A stretch of 30,560 nt of DNA from Candidatus Baldrarchaeum yapensis (GCA_016840465.1 JAEOSH010000020.1:1-30560), one strand, 5' to 3'; counted from the stretch's first letter, positions 8,885 to 17,978 are shown. A program made the numbers and translations. Notes: generated by a model from the sequence alone, not told the origin.

Positions 8885-10834
8885 TCACACCCCCAGCAAG
8901 TGAGGATTTACTATTGTCTTTCTTATCGCAGGTCCTCCGCTCTTACAAATTTGCCTACATACATCGCAATGTGTACACCTTGCGGTCTCGATGTATAGGA
9001 TCTCCTCACCGTCAATGATTGATTTCTTGATCGCTGGACATCCAAAGTTCTTGTAGCATTCCTCACACATCTGGCAACGTTCGGGCTCTAATATATAATA
9101 TGCTGCAATACCTCTCTTCTGAAGTTCTAATCTTCGTGGTTTTTCTCGTCTTTCGGCCTGTAATGCGCATTCTCTCCTTGCAATTAAAACTCTGACCCCC
9201 TCGTGTTCGAGTGCCTCACTTATTGCTTCCATGGCCGACCTGACGTTGTAAGGGTCAAATACTTTCACAAACCTGACACCACAGGCCCTCACAATTTCCT
9301 CAAGCTTCACGGCTGGGGAGGTGGGCTCATGAGTGCTGCTAATTCCTGTAGCTGGTGTTGGTTGATGTCCGGTCATCGCAACCCAGCGGTTATCGAGAAT
9401 TACGAGAATCAAGTTCGCGTTGTTGTACACTGCGTTTATTAATCCGGGAATTCCGGCATGCAGGAATGTGGAATCGCCTATAAACGCTATTATTGGCTTA
9501 TCCTTAATGATATGGCTAATTCCTGCAGCTATGCTTAATCCGGCTCCCATGCAGATCACAAAGTCTGTCATGTTAAACGGCGGAAGAGCTGCTAGCGTGT
9601 AGCATCCGATATCGCCGCCAAATATTGCGTTATCTCCGACCACCTTCTTTATTGCATAGAGGGTTGCTCTATGCGGGCAGCCCGGACAGAATATTGGGTC
9701 CCTAGGTATATACTTCGACTTTACCTCAGTTGCCAACTTCCTAATTTCATCGTAGTTCTTCTTTGGCTTTACTCCTAAAACTTTAGACAGACCCTGAACC
9801 ACCAGGTCGACGTTCAACTCGCCATAGGCGGGAAAATATTCCTTACCGACAATTTCTACGTCAAGCCCAAGTTCGAATGCTATTCTTTTAACATCAGATT
9901 CTATGAACCCTTCCAACTCCTCAACAACTATTATCCTCTCGAGGTTCTCGGAAAACCTTTTGATGAGCCCTCTCGGTATCGGGTGAACAATCCCCAATTT
10001 AAGCACCGGCAGATCGTAGAGTCCCAGCGAGTCAAGTGCCTCCATTACGTAATTGAACGCGCCACCTGCCGTTATAATTCCCGTGGAACTCCCACCCTCA
10101 AAAACCCTATTTAGATCGGATTTTTCAGCGTATTCCTCAGCCTTTCTAAATCTATCTAATAGCCTCTTTTTATTCGATAGTGCCACAAAGCCCGCGTTAA
10201 CATACTTGAATTGGGATCTGACGAATCTCTTCCCTTCTCTCGGTGGGTTTATCGGACCGTAGGTAACCTCGCCCAATCCATGAAGTGTGCGCATATTTGC
10301 GTCGAGAATTACCGGGAGATCCAACTTCTCCGACATCTCAAATGCGGCAATGGTGAAATCTTTGCACTCCTGAGGATTTGATGGCTGAACCAAGGGGCAG
10401 TGCGCATGTAACGCATAATACCGGTTATCCTGCTCGTTCTGAGAACTGTAACATCCAGGGTCGGATCCATGTGCTATAACAAGTGCGCCTGGATTCGGGC
10501 CGGAATAGCAAATTGTAAAGAAGGCATCCGCCGCTACGTTCAGTCCCACATGTTTCATTGCGACTAAGGCCCTCGCGCCCGTCCATGCTGCACCTACTGC
10601 TGTCTCTATGGCAACAATTTCATTTGTCGAGTATTCAAAATACAATCCGCTAATTTTTCTGCATATATGGGAAAATATGTCACCTATTTCTGACGCAGGT
10701 GTGCCGGGATATGTCGTGACGAAAGACACTCCCGCCTCTATCGCGCCCCTCACGATGGCCTCATTTCCAGAAAGGATTACTTTCTTCCCCGGCTCGTCCA
10801 CAAGTATTTCCTCAATGAACTCCTCCATGCTCAT
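8885..10834 (-). CDS. iorA: Indolepyruvate:ferredoxin oxidoreductase alpha subunit
   Basis: Motifs SGNEAIVRGA, YPGTPASE, STNEIVA, MKHVGLNVAAD, SSQNEQDNR, FCPGCPHR, GDIGCY and the TPP motif IGDSTFLHAG. C-terminal 2x[4Fe-4S] ferredoxin domain. Confidence 0.95.
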   Translation of the reverse strand: MSMEEFIEEILVDEPGKKVILSGNEAIVRGAIEAGVSFVTTYPGTPASEIGDIFSHICRKISGLYFEYSTNEIVAIETAVGAAWTGARALVAMKHVGLNVAADAFFTICYSGPNPGALVIAHGSDPGCYSSQNEQDNRYYALHAHCPLVQPSNPQECKDFTIAAFEMSEKLDLPVILDANMRTLHGLGEVTYGPINPPREGKRFVRSQFKYVNAGFVALSNKKRLLDRFRKAEEYAEKSDLNRVFEGGSSTGIITAGGAFNYVMEALDSLGLYDLPVLKLGIVHPIPRGLIKRFSENLERIIVVEELEGFIESDVKRIAFELGLDVEIVGKEYFPAYGELNVDLVVQGLSKVLGVKPKKNYDEIRKLATEVKSKYIPRDPIFCPGCPHRATLYAIKKVVGDNAIFGGDIGCYTLAALPPFNMTDFVICMGAGLSIAAGISHIIKDKPIIAFIGDSTFLHAGIPGLINAVYNNANLILVILDNRWVAMTGHQPTPATGISSTHEPTSPAVKLEEIVRACGVRFVKVFDPYNVRSAMEAISEALEHEGVRVLIARRECALQAERREKPRRLELQKRGIAAYYILEPERCQMCEECYKNFGCPAIKKSIIDGEEILYIETARCTHCDVCRQICKSGGPAIRKTIVNPHLLGV

Positions 10835-10852
10835 ATCGACACCCTCGAAAAT

Positions 10853-11713
10853 TTAAACCTCGGTTATCACCTTTCTCAGGAGGTCTTCACATCCAGCTCC
10901 ATCGATTATACATCCCGACATCCCGATCTTTTTAAATTCGGAGATCATCGCCGATATTTGGCTCAAATTTGCCTCATCTGCTCTTCCACTTTTTAGTTCT
11001 TCCAGAAACTCCGGTGGTGGGGTGAAACCGGGATACCGGCGGCTTAAGCTTTCCGCGTGTTCGATCGAGGGTACCAGACACACTGTGGAGAATACGGCAA
11101 GTCCTTGGCTTTTTGCAAACTCTGCTATTCTCTTTATCGAATTGATGTTAAGCGATGGCATAAGTTGTATGAAGTCCGCGCCCACCTCCCTAAATTTCTT
11201 TATCGAATGGAGTAAAGGTTCTAGATTTTCGTTGTTGGGATTAACCCTCAGACCAACGAATAATTTGCCATCAAAGTCTACCACTTGTCCAAATATATCC
11301 CTTTTCCCCCTCTCCAAAGTTTTCATTATTCTTACGAGTTCCGTAACGTCAACGTCGGAAACCACAGATGCGCCAGCATCAAACTCCTCCTGAAAGAATG
11401 TTCCAGTGCTCACAACTACTGATCGTATTCCGACATTTATAAGTGTGAGAACCTCGGACATCACTGCGCTCTTGTTCTTTTTCTTGCACTCAAGTTGATA
11501 GAGTATCTCGATAGGAGTCCTCTGTAGGAGAATAACGCTCGAGGCGAGTGGGTCGATGGATGACGGCGTTATTTTGGAAAATGTCAAAGCGTCAAATTTG
11601 TCATCTAAACCCTTCAAAGAATTCCAGATGTCGTCGAGTTCCTTTAGCGTTCTGGGAACCCTTATCCCGATCACAATTGCCATCTTTTTCGAAATCACAT
11701 CAGCTAGACCCAT
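10853..11713 (-). CDS. Divergent methylenetetrahydrofolate reductase (MetF)-fold protein, catalytic residues apparently lost
   Basis: Residual MetF patterns: CKKKN (for CRDRN), GIRSVVVSTG, VGLRVNP, GADFIQ and YPGFTPP. Follows a metV gene in the metV-metF order. Confidence 0.72.
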   Translation of the reverse strand: MGLADVISKKMAIVIGIRVPRTLKELDDIWNSLKGLDDKFDALTFSKITPSSIDPLASSVILLQRTPIEILYQLECKKKNKSAVMSEVLTLINVGIRSVVVSTGTFFQEEFDAGASVVSDVDVTELVRIMKTLERGKRDIFGQVVDFDGKLFVGLRVNPNNENLEPLLHSIKKFREVGADFIQLMPSLNINSIKRIAEFAKSQGLAVFSTVCLVPSIEHAESLSRRYPGFTPPPEFLEELKSGRADEANLSQISAMISEFKKIGMSGCIIDGAGCEDLLRKVITEV

Positions 11714-11716
11714 ACT

Positions 11717-12355
11717 TCACTCCTCCTTCACCTTTAACGACAATGCCCCATGATACCGCCGAGATTCCCGATACCTCAGCGCAAGGTCCAATAGTCCGAG
11801 AGACTTGGCCCTATCTAGTATCAGATACCAGACACATTCCCTACCCGGAAGAAGCGTGCACTTTCCGTCAACCACATATTCACATGGGCCGTTCACTGAC
11901 ATTACCGGGCAGATCGCTATGGGGCAGATCCCCACTGTTTCATATAGCATACAATCGCCACAGAACTTACACAACTCATGATATACTCCAATTCTCTCCA
12001 CCTGGCCTGAGAAGAGAGTATTAAGAGCGGGTATCACAATCTTACCTGTTAAAGCGGCTACCGTCTGGACACCAACGCCGCAGGCAAATACAAGGATCGC
12101 ATCGGATTCTTCTACTGCTTTCCTCACCAATCGGAGATCCGCCCTCAATGTTCTCATGTCGCAGGGAGTTTCTGCGACTATAGATCCGGTTATTTTCTTT
12201 TTTCCTGAAAACTTTTTGTAGAATTCCTTTATTTGCTCCTCACCACCTGTTCTGCACACTGCAGCGCACGAGTTACATCCAAGGAGAAATATCTTCTCAT
12301 ACGGCTCGATCATTTTCTCTATCTCGTCAAGAGGTTTCATTTTTGTGATTATCAC
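11717..12355 (-). CDS. metV: MetV-like Fe-S protein (MTHFR C-terminal-domain family)
   Basis: Motifs MIIT.MKP.DEI, GCNSCAAVCRTGG, ACGVGVQ, PALNT, C.FCGDC.L..T.GICP...C....NGPC and GKC...RECVW. Confidence 0.85.
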   Translation of the reverse strand: MIITKMKPLDEIEKMIEPYEKIFLLGCNSCAAVCRTGGEEQIKEFYKKFSGKKKITGSIVAETPCDMRTLRADLRLVRKAVEESDAILVFACGVGVQTVAALTGKIVIPALNTLFSGQVERIGVYHELCKFCGDCMLYETVGICPIAICPVMSVNGPCEYVVDGKCTLLPGRECVWYLILDRAKSLGLLDLALRYRESRRYHGALSLKVKEE

Positions 12356-12475
12356 CCGAACATCCCCTCTTGCGGTTCTTTATGCGTCAAAATAGTGTAT
12401 GATAATGTTTTAATTTAAGACTTTTGTGAGAATATATATCGATTCCATAGATCTCTAAGTTTCCGTGCCAATGTA

Positions 12476-12515
12476 CCATTTTCGTTTTCCTTCAAGAGAT
12501 ATGTTGCGAAAATGG
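12476..12515. promoter_or_regulatory. Perfect 9-bp inverted repeat in the divergent promoter region (candidate operator)
   Basis: CCATTTTCG-N22-CGAAAATGG, centred in the 261-nt gap between metV and the amino acid dehydrogenase. Confidence 0.4.
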
Positions 12516-12616
12516 AATTTTTGGTATCGTATTGAAAATTACCTCGAATCCTGAGAATTTATGATATCGAATAATTGATATTTCCACCGTCTGTAGTAGA
12601 CATGGGGTGAAAACTC

Positions 12617-13789
12617 ATGGAAGGAATAAAATTGGACGAAATAGGACCCGAATTGGTACTTCACGTGTACGATCCGCCCACTGGTATGAGAGGTGTAGTG
12701 GTAATCGACACCACCGTTTATGGTTCGGCTGCTGGCGGCATAAGGATGCTTCCAGACATAACAACATCGGAGATTGTAGATCTTGCTAGGGTGATGACGT
12801 ATAAGTTCGCAATTTTCAACTTGCCAGTGGGAGGGGCAAAAGGGGGCATCTGGGCAGAGCCTCATATAAGGAACCGCGATGAGATACTGATCGCGTATGG
12901 GCGAGCGATTGCTCCATTACTGAGATCTGGAATTTACATACCGGGCGCTGACATGGGAACTAGTGATAAGGATGTGCAACTGATTTGTGATGCCGCGGGA
13001 GCGGAGGAAGTCAAGCCTAGAGGATTAGGCCTTAAAATAAAGGAGGGAATGCCTCTTGAAGATCACCTGACCGGGTATGGCGTGGTTACCGCCTGTAAGA
13101 TTGCTTGCGAGTTTGCTGGAATAGATCTCAATGGGGCTACGGTTGCCATAGAGGGTTTTGGCAAGGTTGGAGGTGGTGTTGCTAGGTACATGGCACGCGC
13201 AGGTGCAAAGGTGGTGGCAATCTCCACGATAAAGGGCGCAATTTACAACCCCAATGGGATCGACGTGGAGGAACTTCTCGAGATGAGAAAAAGATACGGG
13301 GATGATGTCGTTCTGGCGTATAAGGATGCCAAAAGGCTGGAGAAGGAGGAACTCTTCTCGCTTCCCGTTGACATACTCGTCCCGGGTGCTCGACCTTATG
13401 TGATAAACAGAAGTAACGTCGATAAAATAGGGGCGAAGATAGTGTGCCCTGGTGCGAACATTCCAGTCACGGATGAGGCCGAGGAGATCCTTTTACGAAG
13501 AGGTATAATATCAGTGCCTGATTTTATAGCAAATGGCGGCGGCATCATAGCAGGTGTTGTCGATAGACTGGGAGGAGACGAGAAACAGGCATTCAGCATG
13601 ATAGAAAGCCTTATTGGTTCCCTCACACGACGGGTTTTGTCCGAGGCCATGGATAAGGGGATCCCTCCGAGAACCATAGCAGTCGAAATCGCGCGGCAGA
13701 GGGTTTTAGAAGCCATGAGGAAAAGAGAGCGAAAATCGCTAGAAGAATTGCGAAAAGCGGTGAAGGAAAGCCTTGGTGTTCGGGATTAG
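12617..13789 (+). CDS. Glu/Leu/Phe/Val (ELFV) amino acid dehydrogenase, probably not glutamate-specific
   Basis: Motifs GGIRM, MTYK, GGAKGG, GADMGT, TGYGV, the NAD-binding IEGFGKVG and PDFIANGGG. GGGGTGA SD. Confidence 0.9.
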   Translation: MEGIKLDEIGPELVLHVYDPPTGMRGVVVIDTTVYGSAAGGIRMLPDITTSEIVDLARVMTYKFAIFNLPVGGAKGGIWAEPHIRNRDEILIAYGRAIAPLLRSGIYIPGADMGTSDKDVQLICDAAGAEEVKPRGLGLKIKEGMPLEDHLTGYGVVTACKIACEFAGIDLNGATVAIEGFGKVGGGVARYMARAGAKVVAISTIKGAIYNPNGIDVEELLEMRKRYGDDVVLAYKDAKRLEKEELFSLPVDILVPGARPYVINRSNVDKIGAKIVCPGANIPVTDEAEEILLRRGIISVPDFIANGGGIIAGVVDRLGGDEKQAFSMIESLIGSLTRRVLSEAMDKGIPPRTIAVEIARQRVLEAMRKRERKSLEELRKAVKESLGVRD

Positions 13790-13820
13790 GAGTTTCATTA
13801 TGTCAGATTATCTAATTGAG

Positions 13821-14738
13821 TTAACTTATCGCCTCGTAAACGTCGTTACCAACTCTCTTAACCTTCCCCCTTCTTTCTAGTTCTACTATGTACGCTCGCA
13901 CAACATTTTTCAACCACTCCCCGTAAGAAGGTAGCCCAGAATACAAAATTCTTGCAAGTTCCTCCGGCGTTCGCGGCTTTTCCTTGATCAGCAAATATAT
14001 CTCAGTCAGTCTTTTCTCCTTCTGTTCGATTATTTCATATATTCTGGCCAAGGGATCCTCAATGACTGGACCATGGGCCGGAAGTATTGTCTCCAGTTTC
14101 AATTTTGCGATCCTTCTGAGGCTCTCCAAGTATAGAGCGACGTCCCCAGAAGGATAACCTATCCACGTTCCCCCCTCGCCCGTCACAAGGTCGCCGGAGA
14201 AAAGTATCCTCTCGTCAGGGTCATAAAGGCAGATGTGACACGGGGAGTGTCCCGGCGTGTGGATTATCCTCAGAACATGCCCTCCGACTTCAAGTTCATC
14301 TCCATCCCTCAACGTCTCATCTACTGTCATTTCTGATACTTGGCAAATTCCCCTAAGAAAAGTTTGTATAAACATATCTGCCTCCTTTCCTGTCCTGCCG
14401 GAATACAGTTCCGCGTACTTCCTAAAGTCTTTAATGACACCCGCGCCTATTTCGTGGAGCGCAACACTCAGCCCCCATCTTCTCTTCAATACTGTGGCAC
14501 CGCCGAAGTGATCCACGTGAGCATGTGTTACCACTATCTTCCTCAGCCCCTGTGGTCTCCCTATGATCTTCTTGATACCAGCTTCTAGTGCGCCGACCAT
14601 CGATTGCCTACCGTAGCCGCTGTCCACGAGTATCCAATCATTCCCCTTACCGATAAGATACACGTTGACATCCATAAGTATTGGCAGATCTTTCTTCAGT
14701 TCAACCCTGTGTATGAAGAACGCCACCAAACTCACCAT
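13821..14738 (-). CDS. MBL-fold metallo-hydrolase with C-terminal winged-helix-like domain
   Basis: Metal-binding motifs THAHVDHFGG, TPGHSPCH, FSGD and PAHG. Confidence 0.9.
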   Translation of the reverse strand: MVSLVAFFIHRVELKKDLPILMDVNVYLIGKGNDWILVDSGYGRQSMVGALEAGIKKIIGRPQGLRKIVVTHAHVDHFGGATVLKRRWGLSVALHEIGAGVIKDFRKYAELYSGRTGKEADMFIQTFLRGICQVSEMTVDETLRDGDELEVGGHVLRIIHTPGHSPCHICLYDPDERILFSGDLVTGEGGTWIGYPSGDVALYLESLRRIAKLKLETILPAHGPVIEDPLARIYEIIEQKEKRLTEIYLLIKEKPRTPEELARILYSGLPSYGEWLKNVVRAYIVELERRGKVKRVGNDVYEAIS

Positions 14739-14838
14739 TAGATTCTTTGCGTTCGTGTTAACTTTAGTTTTTTGTTTTTCTGCCTCTTATGTCGTTCTCG
14801 TTCGTTCACAACAATCGTAACTTCCGCACGTGGCTGGA

Positions 14839-15180
14839 TTAATCCTCGCTCTGCAGTTTCTGCAGTATGTTATAAAGTATTAGTGCATCTATTACCGAGC
14901 CCTCGACCTTCAATTTTCCGCTGAGCACCGCAGTGGGACCGTAAAGCTCGCCGCTTACCACTCTCACAAATGTGTCGACAGTCGCTGAGAATGTAATGTT
15001 CGGATTGGGATGTTCTCCCCTCCTCACTTCCACACTCCCAGATGAAATTTTTATGTAGAAGTTCTGTCCAGGCATATCTTCAAATTTTACCTGAAACACC
15101 TTGTTTAAGCGTGAAATTTAACTCTCTATTTTATTCTTTTTCTCCTCAAATAAACGAGCGATGCCTTCCGCTATAACCAT
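14839..15180 (-). pseudogene. SCP2 domain protein interrupted by a premature TAA
   Basis: Reads MVIAEGIARLFEEKKNKIES*ISRLNKVFQVKFED... with an in-frame TAA at 15120-15118. It aligns end to end with the intact paralog at 16469..16801, where the stop position is Asp. The track ORF 14839..15099 is the 3' part. Confidence 0.78.
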
Positions 15181-15338
15181 GGAATCCACTCCATATAACA
15201 TTTGTATGATAATTTGGGTAATAGTTAGTTCTCTTACCGCATAATAAAAATATTTTCAAACAGAATATCTGTTAGTCGCAAAATTCCGCTTCTAAACAAG
15301 ACAAACAGAGCATTCGAGGAGTATCGGGAAACAATTTC

Positions 15339-15360
15339 AAAATATCGCACTAAAATATCG
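15339..15360. repeat. 9-bp direct repeat in the divergent promoter region of the two pseudogenes
   Basis: AAAATATCG at 15339-15347 and 15352-15360. Confidence 0.3.
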
Positions 15361-15498
15361 ACATAAAGATTATATTTCCTGCTGACATAATTTTTCTTTG
15401 CATCACAGGTTAGTATGGATGATGTGGTGGAATTGATAACGTTTTCTGGTCACAGGCAATCTATTGATCTTTACGGTGATGACATCTTCAAGTCGCAT

Positions 15499-16430
15499 TT
15501 GAGTGGCGTTAAGGAGCGCCCATGGGTTAAAGGGGAGCGCCCGTGGTATAAGTTCTACGAGCCCAATGCACCTCGTACGATAGATTATCCTGAGGTTCCC
15601 CTTTTCGAGATATGTGACCAGGCATCACGCAGGTTTTCGAATCATAAATGCATTATTTACCTGAAGGATGGGAGAGAGTACTTCTATGCGAATCTCGGAA
15701 AGATAAGCGATAAACTTGCTGCTGCTCTCCATAAGGATCTCGGCGTAGGGAGAGGGGAATCGGTCGCAATGATCATGTGGAATTCCCCCAGTACATTTTC
15801 AGCTGTTTTGGAATCCTTAAGACGGGGGCCTCATGCACCCCCTCATGATAAAGCACGAAAGCGTAGGGATGCCTCTTGTGGATACTGACTGTAAAGTTGT
15901 GGACCCAGAAACCGGGAGGGAAATGCCACCAGACGAGGTTGGAGAACTCTTATGGAGAGGGCCCCAGGTGATGAAGGGGTACTGGAGAGCACCCGAAATG
16001 ACTAGGGAGGTTCTGACGGAAGATGGGTGGCTTAGGTCGGGAGATTTGGGATACATGGACGAGGACGGCTTTGTTTATGTTGTCGGCAGGACAAAGGAGA
16101 TCATAAAGTAAGTACAAGGGATATAGGATTCTCCCTGACGACGTGGAGGCAAAGCTTTATGAGCATCCGGCGGTGGCGGAGTGCGCAGTTGTAGGGGTTC
16201 CGGATCCCGTAGTCGGCGAGGTCATAAAGGCATTCGTCGTTCTAAAACCCGAATACCGCGAAAAAATTTCGGAGGAAGAGTTTCTGAAGTGGGCAAGAGA
16301 GAAGCTAGGACCGTTGAAGTGCCCTAGGATCGTAGAATTCAGGAGTTATCTTCCGAAAACTCCGATTGGTAAAGTTTTCAGGAGAAAACTACGCGAAGAG
16401 GAGTTAAGAAAATTGAAAGAAAAGAAATAG
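15499..16430 (+). pseudogene. Decayed long-chain acyl-CoA synthetase (AMP-forming, FadD-like)
   Basis: N-terminal ERPWYKFY..P..IDYPEVPLFEI. A -1 frameshift in C5 (15785-89) restores NSPQYIFSCFGILKTGA. An internal deletion of roughly 250 codons at ~15830-15842 removes the TGGTTGxPKG and YGxxE motifs. A 4-nt AAGT duplication lies at 16106-16113. The C-terminal EHPAV...GKVFRR is intact. Joins track ORFs 15415, 15833 and 16143. Confidence 0.85.
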
Positions 16431-16468
16431 GGTTTTATCCAACAGATTCATATTTTTATCATCTGATA

Positions 16469-16801
16469 TTATCTCAGTTTTTGGAGGATGTTGCCGAAAG
16501 TGATGGCGTCCGGCAGGGATCCCTCTATCTTGAGTTGCCCGCTCATATAGGCTGCAGTTCCGTCCAGTTCGCCGCTTACGATTTTCATGAACACTTCCAT
16601 TGTTGCTATGAATGTAACGTCAGGATTTGAGTGCTCTCCCTTCTCCACCTTGACCTCGCCACCGGAGATCTGAATGTAATAGTTTTCCTCAGGCTTATCT
16701 TCAAACTTTATCTGGAACACTTTCTCGAGACCTGCAATGTCGTCCTTTATTGCGTCCTTCTTTTCTTGGAAGAGTTTTGCGGTCATTTCAGCAATCGACA
16801 T
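16469..16801 (-). CDS. SCP2 sterol/lipid-binding domain protein
   Basis: KVFQIKF...YYIQISGGEVKVEKGEHSNPDVTF......FMKIVSGELDGTAAYMSGQLKIEG is a canonical SCP2 C-terminus. ATG 16801 or 16807. Confidence 0.88.
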   Translation of the reverse strand: MSIAEMTAKLFQEKKDAIKDDIAGLEKVFQIKFEDKPEENYYIQISGGEVKVEKGEHSNPDVTFIATMEVFMKIVSGELDGTAAYMSGQLKIEGSLPDAITFGNILQKLR

Positions 16802-16824
16802 ACGCATCTCCCCATGCTATCAAC

Positions 16825-16837
16825 TGTAATTATTACA
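16825..16837. promoter_or_regulatory. 13-bp palindrome abutting the SCP2 TATA box (candidate operator)
   Basis: TGTAAT-T-ATTACA. On the minus strand it directly follows and overlaps TTATATG. Confidence 0.4.
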
Positions 16838-16946
16838 TATAATGGTTATGGAAAAAGCGTTACGTCGGATGATATATTGTTTTCGAAAAGTAAAAATACT
16901 AATATTTCGTTAAAAATTAGTATGAAGCCATAGGGAGTGGAAAATT

Positions 16947-17471
16947 ATGGGGATAAAGGGTGCGATTGCGTGGAGATTTCTGGCTAAGAAAATGAACGCA
17001 ATGGAGATAAGATACTCACTGCTGGGAATCGTAGAATACTTAATTCAAACGTACAAGGAGCCTGAGAAGGTATATTCGGAGCTGAAGAAAATATTCAAGC
17101 GTGCGGGGGAGATCGTGTATTTGAAGTACCTTCAGGCGACGAGGAGGTTCGCCCGATCGATCGAAGACTTGATCCCAACGTACAACTTGGGGTTTAAACT
17201 CTTCACTGGAAGGTCCTTTGATGATATAAGGATGGAGCGTGAGGGCAAAGACATCTATATAACGTACACGATATATGACTGCCCAATATGCAAGGGTCTC
17301 AGTGTTCCGATTCCTGTACCGATCTGCGTATTCTTCGCGTCAGTCTTTGAATGGATAGAGGAGCAAAGATTGCAAGATTGGAACGCGGAGTTTGTAAAGT
17401 GTGATGAGACGAAGTGTAGAGTCAAAGGAGATGAGTGTTGCGAGTTCAGGGCGCATATAAGGCTGAGGTAG
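16947..17471 (+). CDS. Stand-alone V4R (4-vinyl reductase) domain protein 1
   Basis: C-terminal DCPIC...PICVF and ETKCRVKGDECCEF fit the V4R Cys pattern (E-x2-C-x3-G-D-x2-C-x-F). No output domain. Confidence 0.8.
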   Translation: MGIKGAIAWRFLAKKMNAMEIRYSLLGIVEYLIQTYKEPEKVYSELKKIFKRAGEIVYLKYLQATRRFARSIEDLIPTYNLGFKLFTGRSFDDIRMEREGKDIYITYTIYDCPICKGLSVPIPVPICVFFASVFEWIEEQRLQDWNAEFVKCDETKCRVKGDECCEFRAHIRLR

Positions 17472-17480
17472 GTGATGTTC

Positions 17481-17978
17481 ATGTGGAGAAAGGTTGAGAA
17501 GATGAACCTCATTTCGTACACCTCTGGGAATCTTGCGTTTGTAATGTACCTCATGGAGATGGGAAAAAGCCCGGAGGAGATAAATGAAATATTTAAGAAT
17601 ATCGGAAGAAGAATCGCCGATGGGATATTCGATGACTTCATGTCCAAGGTGAAGCGGGTTCCTGAAAACCCCGATGATGTAGGAGAACTCATCAATATGC
17701 TCCTAGATTATTCTGTTGGACAAAAGGCGAGCGATATAGAAGTCAGGAGGGAGGAGCGCGAAATTGTGGTTTCATGTAAGGTGAGGTCATGCAAGTTTTG
17801 CCTAGATCTCGAGTCCCCCTCACCGATGATCTTCCTCTGCTCGGGAGTGGCGGGGCTTATTGAGCGCATAATTGAGAGGATTTCAAGAACGCTCAGAATA
17901 AAGGAAGTGGAGTGCCGGGAGACGAAGTGCTGCGCAAGAGGAGACGAATATTGTGAGTTTGTCATAAGGATGGCGTGA
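17481..17978 (+). CDS. Stand-alone V4R domain protein 2
   Basis: Motifs IGRRI, SCKFC...LCSGVAGLI and ETKCCARGDEYCEFVI. ATG 17481 follows a GGTGA SD; GTG 17472 abuts the previous stop. Confidence 0.82.
   Translation: MWRKVEKMNLISYTSGNLAFVMYLMEMGKSPEEINEIFKNIGRRIADGIFDDFMSKVKRVPENPDDVGELINMLLDYSVGQKASDIEVRREEREIVVSCKVRSCKFCLDLESPSPMIFLCSGVAGLIERIIERISRTLRIKEVECRETKCCARGDEYCEFVIRMA

Noticed and set aside
12617-13789. Annotation as gdhA (glutamate dehydrogenase)
   Set aside because: The glutamate side-chain-binding Lys and Ser appear substituted.
15415-15498. ATG 15415 as the ligase start and 15415..15888 as an independent protein
   Set aside because: Ligase similarity begins near the ERPW motif, and the ORF's C-terminus is an out-of-frame artefact of the frameshift.
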